Source: Lysobacterales bacterium (GTDB taxonomy: Bacteria > Pseudomonadota > Gammaproteobacteria > Xanthomonadales > Rhodanobacteraceae). From it: a stretch of 64,000 nt of DNA. Of the stretch, positions 55,878 through 64,000 are shown in pieces (position 1 is the first letter of the stretch; every line of letters starts with the position of its first letter). The stretch is from contig JAFLDX010000001.1 of the NCBI GenBank assembly GCA_017302215.1, positions 517-64,516 of the forward strand, read 5' to 3'. Under the pieces are notes generated by a model. The model had not been told where the DNA came from, searched no databases, and was given only the letters and a program-made list of their open reading frames with translations. Made by a program: the position numbers and the translations under genes.

Positions 55878-57851
55878 ATGACCCGATCTCTCCGTGCATT
55901 GCTCGCGATCGCCGCGATCGCCATGCCGTTCGCCGCCGCCGCGCAACAGGTGCCGCTGGCCGACTTCAACAAGCGCCCGGTCTACGAGACGATGAAGATC
56001 TCGCCGGACGGCAAGACGCTCGCCGCGATGGCCTACGTCGAAGGCAAGCGCTACCTCGCCCTCGTCAACATGCAGACGATGGAGGTCAAGGCGATCCGCG
56101 GGTCGGACGGCAACGAGCTCGCCGAGTTCTGGTGGGTCGCGCCGAACCGCGTCGTCTACACGCTCGGCGAGAAGGTCGCCGGCATCGAGAAGCCGTTCCT
56201 CACCGGTGAACTGTTCGCGGTCAACGGCGACGGAACCGGCAGCGACATGCTGTTCGGCTATCGCAAGGGCGGCCAGCAGACCGGCTCGCGCATCAAGCAG
56301 GTGACCGCCGAATACGGCAGTGCGCGCATGATCGACGACCTGCGCAACGACGACGGCAGCATCCTCGTCGCGGTCGACAGCTGGGCAGGATCGGGCACCG
56401 ATGGCGATTTCAGCAAGGTGTCGCGCATGGACGTGCGCACCGGCAAGCGCGGCAACACGATCGCCGTCGCGCCGATGCGCCGCGCCGATTTCCTGACCGA
56501 CAACGCCGGACGCGTGCGTTTCGCCTTTGGCGAGGACATGCAGGGCAAGCTGCAGGTCCATTACCGCCCGAATGACGATGCCAAGTGGGAACTCGTGCTC
56601 GACGAGCGCTCGACCAGCACGCGCGCTTTCCCGGTCGCGTTCTCGCGTGACGACTCGACCGTCTATTGGGCGTGTGCATCCGCCGATGCGCCGGGCGGGC
56701 TCTGCACGTGGACCGAGAAGGACCGCAACTTCAAGCGCATCTGGACCAACAAGACAGTCGAATCGGTCGACCTCGTGCGCAGCCTGGACGGTCTCGACAT
56801 CATCGGCATGCGTGCCATGCCGGGCCGGCCGAGCCTCGATCCGCTCGTCAAGGGCGACCCGACGATCAAGATCATCGTGGCGATGATGCAGCAGTTTCCG
56901 GGCGACGACATCGACATCGTGTCGACCACGCCCGACGGCAAGAAGGCCGTGTTCCTCGCCTCGGCCGACGTCAATCCCGGCGCGTTCTATCTGTACGACG
57001 CGGACACGAAGAAGGTTTCGCTGCTGGCCAATCGAGCGCCGTGGGCCAATCCCGAGAAACTCGCGCCGATGGAGCCGATCGAAGTCAAGGCGCGCGACGG
57101 ACTGGCCCTGCACGGTTACCTCACGCGTCCGCCGGGCCAGGAAGCGGCGAAGAACCTGCCGCTCGTCGTGCTCGTGCACGGTGGCCCGCGCGCGCGCGAC
57201 ATCTGGGCCTACGACGGCGAAGTGCAGGCGCTGGCCAGTCGCGGCTATGCGGTGTTGCAGGTGAACTTCCGCGGTTCGGACGGCTATGGCTACGACTTCC
57301 TGCATGCCGGTGACCGGCAGTGGGGGCGCAAGATGCAGGACGACGTCACCGACGCGACGAAATGGGCGATCACGTCGGGTGTCGCCGATCCGAAGCGGGT
57401 GTGCATCTACGGCGGCAGCTACGGAGGCTACGCATCGCTGATGGGCGCGGCACGCGAGCCGGACCTCTACCAGTGTGCGATCGGCGCCTTCGGCGTCTAC
57501 GACCTGCCGATGATGTTCACGCGCGGCGACATCCAGAAATCGCTGTACGGAACCGAGTACATGCGCGAAGCGCTCGGCACCGATACGACCGAGCAGGCGC
57601 AGAACTCGCCGGTCAACTACGCCGAACGCATCAAGGCCAAGGTCATGCTGATCGTCGGTGGCGAGGACGTGCGCGTGCCGCCCGAACACGGCGAGAAGAT
57701 GCGCGCGGCCCTCGTCAAGGCCGGCAAGGCACCCGAGTGGCTGTACTACCGCACCGAGGGCCACGGCATCTACAACGACGACACGCGTCTCGAGATGCTG
57801 ACCAAGGTGATCGCCTTCCTCGACGCCAACATCGGCAAGGCGAAGAACTGA
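55878..57851 (+). CDS. Exported S9-family serine peptidase (prolyl oligopeptidase / DPP-like)
   Basis: Signal peptide ...MPFAAAAQQ; beta-propeller-like N-half; catalytic GGSYGGY, D and EGHG in the C-terminal alpha/beta-hydrolase half. Confidence 0.85.
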   Translation: MTRSLRALLAIAAIAMPFAAAAQQVPLADFNKRPVYETMKISPDGKTLAAMAYVEGKRYLALVNMQTMEVKAIRGSDGNELAEFWWVAPNRVVYTLGEKVAGIEKPFLTGELFAVNGDGTGSDMLFGYRKGGQQTGSRIKQVTAEYGSARMIDDLRNDDGSILVAVDSWAGSGTDGDFSKVSRMDVRTGKRGNTIAVAPMRRADFLTDNAGRVRFAFGEDMQGKLQVHYRPNDDAKWELVLDERSTSTRAFPVAFSRDDSTVYWACASADAPGGLCTWTEKDRNFKRIWTNKTVESVDLVRSLDGLDIIGMRAMPGRPSLDPLVKGDPTIKIIVAMMQQFPGDDIDIVSTTPDGKKAVFLASADVNPGAFYLYDADTKKVSLLANRAPWANPEKLAPMEPIEVKARDGLALHGYLTRPPGQEAAKNLPLVVLVHGGPRARDIWAYDGEVQALASRGYAVLQVNFRGSDGYGYDFLHAGDRQWGRKMQDDVTDATKWAITSGVADPKRVCIYGGSYGGYASLMGAAREPDLYQCAIGAFGVYDLPMMFTRGDIQKSLYGTEYMREALGTDTTEQAQNSPVNYAERIKAKVMLIVGGEDVRVPPEHGEKMRAALVKAGKAPEWLYYRTEGHGIYNDDTRLEMLTKVIAFLDANIGKAKN

Positions 57852-57861
57852 CTGCAGTCCG

Positions 57862-57891
57862 GGCTCGCGTCGCCATCGTGCGACGCGAGCC
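57862..57891. terminator. 12-bp-stem hairpin between convergent genes
   Basis: GGCTCGCGTCGC-CATCGT-GCGACGCGAGCC; no U-tract. Confidence 0.5.
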
Positions 57892-59514
57892 TCAGTCGAA
57901 ATCGGCTCCGAAAATCCCCTCGACCGCCGACTCGGCCAGGCGGCAGTCCGTTCGCCCCGGTTGGCCGCAGTCGCGCAACGCTGCCAGCGCGGCGCGCAGC
58001 GCCGCCGCCGATGCACCGCCGGTGCCGAGGCTCGCGAGCTGTTTGGGATCGTCGTCGAGCGCGTAGTGCTCGATTCCGGCGGATTCGCCGTCGGTGCGCC
58101 AGTCGATCCATGTACGTGATCGCAGCAGCGGCGCATCGGTGCCGCCCGTTCGCACGGCGAAATAGTCGGCAAACGACACCGGCGCCCAGGCGCCGTCGCG
58201 GAAGTGCTCGACGAGCAAGCGGCGGCGCCAACCGGGCGGTTCGGTACCGTCGAGCAGCGCGCGCAGGTCCGAACCGTCCATGGCGAACGTCGGCACGGCT
58301 CCGGCCAGCGCCGCCAGCGTCGGCGCAAGGTCGTGGTTGAGCACGAGCGCATCGCGTATGCGTCCGGCCGGAACACCCGGACCGCGCAGCAACAACGGCA
58401 CGCGGATCGATTCCTCGTAGGCGAGCACCTTGCCCCAGGCGCGGTGTTCGCCGTTGAACCAGCCGTTGTCCGAGGTCAGCACGAGCACCGTGTCCTGCCA
58501 CGCGCCGGATGCTTCGAGCCTCGCGCGCAAGGTCGCGACGAGGTCGTCGAGCGCGCGCAGCGCTTCGAGGCGATGCCGGTAGCTGCGCTGCAGGGCGTCG
58601 ATGTCGGACCCTGACAGTCGCGGATAGCGTTGGTCGTACCACGCCGGCTTGTCGCCCACATCGGCTTCATCGAAGGCCGGATCGAACGGGTCGAAGCCGA
58701 CCGTCGGCAGCAGGCTGCCGGCATGGCGCGGCGCGGCGCGCACGTCGCGCTCGAACTCCGTCATTGCCGGCAGGCACAGCTCGAAGTGCGGCGCGAGCGG
58801 CGCGAGCCAGAGGAAGAACGGACGTGCGTCGGTCGCCTGGCGATCGACGAACCGCGCGGCCCGCGTCGCGATCACGTCGGTCTGGTAGTCGGCGTCGTCG
58901 CCGCCATGGCTGACCAGGCGGCCGTTGTCGTTGATCGTGTAGTGGTACATGCAGTACGCGCCGGCGTAGCCGATGCCCGGGATGCCGTTGTACTCGCCGT
59001 AGTCGGGCAGGGCCTGCCAGTCGTCCCAGCCCGGTGGCACGTAGCGCATCGGGTCGCACAGCGGGCAGTTGCGCGGCGGCACGTAGCCGTAGCCATTGAG
59101 GAACTTGCCGATCAGGCCGGTGCGGTAGCCGGCGCGCTGCAGCCAGGTACCGAGGTGCTCGCGGTCGTCGAAGGCGGCGAACGACCCCTGCGGCGCGCTT
59201 GCGTCCCAGGTGATGTTGAGCACGCCGTGGTTGTGTGCGTAGCGCCCGGTCAGGAAGCTCGCACGCGACGGGCAGCACAGCGGGTTCGACACGAACGATT
59301 CGCGAAAGCGCGTGCCGCCGTCGCGCAGGGTCGACGCGATCGCCGGCAGCAGGCCGAGGTCGAGCGCGCGATCGAACGTCTTCTCGTCAAGGTCGTCGGC
59401 CATCAGCACGACGAGGTTCGGTGCGGGCACCGGCATCGACGCCGATCCCGTCGCAGCGGCGACGCCGAACGCGAGCAGCACGCTGCCGAGCCTCGCGCGC
59501 ACGCCGCGCGTCAC
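57892..59514 (-). CDS. Exported Cys-type sulfatase (N-acetylglucosamine-6-sulfatase-like)
   Basis: LVVLMADDLD...NPLCCPSRASFLTGRYAHNHGV (C-x-P-x-R FGly motif). GTG 59514 gives the signal peptide MTRGVRARLGSVLLAFGVAAATGSA. It overlaps the pgi stop (GTGA). Hidden in the 1123-aa ORF-track frame. Confidence 0.85.
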   Translation of the reverse strand: MTRGVRARLGSVLLAFGVAAATGSASMPVPAPNLVVLMADDLDEKTFDRALDLGLLPAIASTLRDGGTRFRESFVSNPLCCPSRASFLTGRYAHNHGVLNITWDASAPQGSFAAFDDREHLGTWLQRAGYRTGLIGKFLNGYGYVPPRNCPLCDPMRYVPPGWDDWQALPDYGEYNGIPGIGYAGAYCMYHYTINDNGRLVSHGGDDADYQTDVIATRAARFVDRQATDARPFFLWLAPLAPHFELCLPAMTEFERDVRAAPRHAGSLLPTVGFDPFDPAFDEADVGDKPAWYDQRYPRLSGSDIDALQRSYRHRLEALRALDDLVATLRARLEASGAWQDTVLVLTSDNGWFNGEHRAWGKVLAYEESIRVPLLLRGPGVPAGRIRDALVLNHDLAPTLAALAGAVPTFAMDGSDLRALLDGTEPPGWRRRLLVEHFRDGAWAPVSFADYFAVRTGGTDAPLLRSRTWIDWRTDGESAGIEHYALDDDPKQLASLGTGGASAAALRAALAALRDCGQPGRTDCRLAESAVEGIFGADFD

Positions 59515-61109
59515 CCGCGCAGGCGTTGCAGCAGTCCCGCGGTCGATGCATCGAGTCCATCCGTGTCGCCCGAGTCGAGCCGCGGCAGCAGGTCGTTGCA
59601 CAACGCCTTGCCGAGTTCGACGCCCCACTGGTCGAAGCTGTTGATGGCCCACAGCGCACCGCTCGTGTAGACGCGGTGCTCGTACATCGCGATCAGCGCG
59701 CCGAGCGCGCGCGGGGTCAGGCGTTCGAGCAGCAGGGTCGTGCTCGGCCGGTTGCCGGTGAACGTGCGGTGGCGCGCGAGCACGTCGGGATCGATCGTCG
59801 CCGCGGCGGTCGGTGCACGCTCGGACCTGGCCTGGGCCGTGCTCTTGCCGAGCATGAGCGCCTGCGCCTGGGCCAGGCCGTTGGCGAGCAGCTTGGCGTG
59901 CAGATCGCGGTACGGATGGGTCGGTTCGCGCACGAGGATGAACTCGACCGGGATCACGTCGGTGCCCTGGTGCAGCATCTGGAAATAGGCGTGCTGGCCG
60001 TTCGTGCCGGGCTCGCCCCAGACGACCGGGCTCGTCGCGAACGGCAGCGGCTCGCCGTCGAGGTCGACGCGCTTGCCGTTGCTTTCCATCTCGAGCTGCT
60101 GCAGATACGCCGGCAGGCGCCTGAGGCCCTGGTGGTACGGCGCGACGCTGCGGCTCGTGAAGCCGAGGAAGTTGCGGTACCAGACGTCGAGCAGGCCGAG
60201 CAGGATCGGCAGGTTGGATTCGAGCGGCGCTTCGGCGAAATGGCGGTCCATCGCGTGCGCGCCGGCGAGCAGGTCGCGGAAGTGTGCGGCGCCGATCGCG
60301 AGCGCGATCGGCAGGCCGATCGCCGACCACAGCGAATAGCGGCCGCCGACCCAGTCCCAGAAGCCGAACGTCGTTTCGATGCCGAACGCGGCCGCGGCGT
60401 CGACGTTCGTCGTCGTGGCGACGAAATGCCGGCGCGTGTCGCCGCCGCCGTTGGCGAGGAACCATTCGCGCGCGACGGTGGCATTCGCCATCGTCTCCTG
60501 CGTCGTGAACGTCTTCGAGGCGATGATGAACAGCGTCGTGCGCGGATCGAGGTCGCGCAGCACCGGCGCGATGTCGTGTCCGTCGACGTTCGAGACGAAA
60601 TGGAAGCGCAGGTCGTGCTGCACGAACGCATCGAGCGCCGGTACCGCCATCTGCGGGCCGAGGTCCGAACCGCCGATGCCGATGTTGACGATGTCGCGGA
60701 TCCCGCTGCGCGCCGTGTCGCGGATGCGTTCGACGAAGCCGAGCATGCGCTCGAGCACGCCGTGGACCTCGGCCGAATGCGCGCCGTGGCCGGGCGGCGC
60801 GCGCAAGGCCGTGTGCAGGACCGAGCGCCCTTCGGTCGCATTGGCCGGCGTCCCGGCCAGCAGCGCGTCGCGTCGTTCCTCGATCCGGCAGTCGCGGGCG
60901 AGCGCGAGCAGGGCGTCGCGCGTCGCACGGTCGATCAGGTTCTTCGACAGGTCGGCGAAGACTTCGGGCGCCTCGTACGAGAAGTCGGCGAAGCGGTGCG
61001 CATCGGCGGCGAACGCGTCGCGAAGGTCGAAGCGATCGCCGCCGCCGGCGTGCAGTTCGCGAAGGCGGGCCCAGGCCGGGGTGCGGTCGCAACGCGGTGC
61101 GGCGGTCAT
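59511..61109 (-). CDS. pgi: Glucose-6-phosphate isomerase
   Basis: ...IVNIGIGGSDLGPQM...FIIASKTFTTQET...GGRYSLWSAIGL...EPGTNGQHAYFQMLHQG... are PGI signatures; start trimmed to ATG 61109. Confidence 0.95.
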   Translation of the reverse strand: MTAAPRCDRTPAWARLRELHAGGGDRFDLRDAFAADAHRFADFSYEAPEVFADLSKNLIDRATRDALLALARDCRIEERRDALLAGTPANATEGRSVLHTALRAPPGHGAHSAEVHGVLERMLGFVERIRDTARSGIRDIVNIGIGGSDLGPQMAVPALDAFVQHDLRFHFVSNVDGHDIAPVLRDLDPRTTLFIIASKTFTTQETMANATVAREWFLANGGGDTRRHFVATTTNVDAAAAFGIETTFGFWDWVGGRYSLWSAIGLPIALAIGAAHFRDLLAGAHAMDRHFAEAPLESNLPILLGLLDVWYRNFLGFTSRSVAPYHQGLRRLPAYLQQLEMESNGKRVDLDGEPLPFATSPVVWGEPGTNGQHAYFQMLHQGTDVIPVEFILVREPTHPYRDLHAKLLANGLAQAQALMLGKSTAQARSERAPTAAATIDPDVLARHRTFTGNRPSTTLLLERLTPRALGALIAMYEHRVYTSGALWAINSFDQWGVELGKALCNDLLPRLDSGDTDGLDASTAGLLQRLRG

Positions 61110-61225
61110 GCGCGGGCATCCTCGGGATCGAAGACGCGCAGCATAGCGATTCGCCGCAGCGGCGTGCGGATCGATGCCAGGCACGATCTTCCGTCGGTGC
61201 CGCGACCGGGCGGATCGGCGCGTCG

Positions 61226-62143
61226 TCAGACGTCGCGCGCGCCGCTTGCGGCGAACAGCTCATCGGCCATGCGCTCGATCATTGCGCGTTCGTGCAGCAC
61301 GGCCAGCCAGTCGGCCGGTATGCCGCGCACGCCGTAGTGCGCGCCGGCGAGCTGGCCGGTGATCGCCGCGGTCGTGTCGGCATCGCTGCCGAGGTTCGCT
61401 GCGCGCAGCACGGCATCGGCGAACGAGGTCGTGTTCGCGAAGCACCACAAGGCGGCTTCGAGCGAAGCGACCGCGTGGCCGCTGCCACGGATCGCCTCGT
61501 CGCTGCGTGCGTGCCAGCGCAGGTCGGCCAGCGCGGAGACGGTGGACTCGTCCGACGCGAATCCGTCGCGTTCGAGGATCTCGTCGCGGGCCGAACCGTG
61601 CAGCGCGCGCTGCAGGCGATCGGCGAGCAGTCGACAGCACTCGACCGCTTCGGCAGCGGCATGCGTCGTGCGCGAGCTGGCGGCGGCGTAGCGGTCGATC
61701 GCCGCGGCATCCGGAAACCAGCGAAGCACGACCGGCGCGAGGCGCATCAGCGAGCCATTGCCGGCGGTGCGGCGATCGGCCGACCCTGCCCACGGATTGC
61801 CGTCGCGCGAGTAACGTTGCAGCGCCGCGCGTACGGTCTTGCCGATGTCGAAGCAGGTGCCCGTCGCGCTGAGGTGACCATGCCGCCACCAGGCCAGGTA
61901 GCGATTCATCTGGTCGCGCGCGTCGAAGCCGCCACAGGCGAGCAGGCTCTCGGCCAGGCAGAGCGCCATCGAGGTGTCGTCCGTCCACTGGCCGGCGCGC
62001 AGCGCGAACGGACCGCCGCCGGTCATGCCGGTGACCGGCGTGAACGTCCCGCGCGGCATGAACTCGACGGTCGTGCCGACGGCATCGCCGCAGGCGAGGC
62101 CGAGCAGGCAGCCGCGAAAGCGATCGGGCAGGGAAATCGGCAT
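61226..62143 (-). CDS. ADP-ribosylglycohydrolase-family protein
   Basis: DRFRGCLLGLACGDAVGTTVEF...WTDDTSMALCLAESL...GNGSLMRLAPV...LGSDADTTAAITGQLAGAHYG; alternative ATG at 62176. Confidence 0.85.
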   Translation of the reverse strand: MPISLPDRFRGCLLGLACGDAVGTTVEFMPRGTFTPVTGMTGGGPFALRAGQWTDDTSMALCLAESLLACGGFDARDQMNRYLAWWRHGHLSATGTCFDIGKTVRAALQRYSRDGNPWAGSADRRTAGNGSLMRLAPVVLRWFPDAAAIDRYAAASSRTTHAAAEAVECCRLLADRLQRALHGSARDEILERDGFASDESTVSALADLRWHARSDEAIRGSGHAVASLEAALWCFANTTSFADAVLRAANLGSDADTTAAITGQLAGAHYGVRGIPADWLAVLHERAMIERMADELFAASGARDV

Positions 62144-62312
62144 GCGCGCGCCGGCATCCTTCGGAGCGCGCAGCATCGCAGATCGGCGCGTGCGGGGCTG
62201 CAAGGCGTCTCGGGTCACGCCCGGGCGTGACGCACGCCCCTTTCTCGCGGCGAGCGCCGTCCGTACCATGCCCGATCCGCCGCGAGTCCCGCCCCCTGTC
62301 GAGGAACTGCCG

Positions 62313-64000
<1,688 letters not shown>

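Noticed and set aside
57892-61263. 1123-aa ORF apparently fusing pgi-region sequence to the sulfatase.
   Set aside because: The upstream two-thirds is an alternative frame over pgi and is Arg/Pro-rich nonsense. pgi itself is in frame 59511..61109, and the sulfatase begins at GTG 59514.

Overview
Very GC-rich gammaproteobacterial chromosome segment. Gene order looks Xanthomonadales-like (no rpmJ after secY, petABC-sspAB, pheST-ihfA-MerR-tRNA-Pro), and the content is overwhelmingly core genome. Layout: 1-13.9 kb holds the 3' end of rpsJ and the complete S10/spc/alpha ribosomal-protein operons through rplQ. 13.9-23.8 kb holds dsbB, a class II DAHP synthase, miaB, an SLT transglycosylase, a DegS/AlgW-like protease, petABC and sspAB. 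23.8-31.3 kb is the most accessory-looking block: DUF3301, a transmembrane Ser/Thr kinase fused to an FGE-like domain, a tandem-FHA protein, nadC, DUF1631 and a Trm112-like protein. 31.3-40.8 kb holds purEK, sodB, grxD, an SDR, a MarC-family protein, an Oar-like TonB-dependent receptor and ppnN. 40.8-51.9 kb holds tRNA-Asn, an orphan FimT-like minor pilin, uvrB, tRNA-Val, thrS-infC-rpmI-rplT-pheST-ihfA, a MerR regulator and tRNA-Pro. 51.9-64 kb holds rmlACD-manC, an S9 peptidase, a minus-strand string of ADP-ribosylglycohydrolase, pgi and sulfatase, and a second S9 peptidase truncated by the window end. I found no IS or transposon, integrase, prophage, CRISPR array or recognisable defence island. 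No multi-gene system here can honestly be called novel. The observations most worth a second look are: (1) a perfect 3x tandem 63-bp repeat of terminator-like hairpins in the infC-rpmI spacer; (2) the kinase/FGE-like fusion with a Lys-less catalytic loop, next to a membrane-anchored tandem-FHA protein; (3) the orphan FimT-like pilin carrying a GRxR motif; (4) pgi translationally coupled to a secreted Cys-type sulfatase; (5) terminator-like hairpins directly upstream of thrS and inside the rpoA-rplQ spacer. All calls rest on reading the translations and sequence by eye, with no database search. Start codons were trimmed from the ORF track by homology to remembered N-termini and RBS spacing, so they may be off by a few codons.
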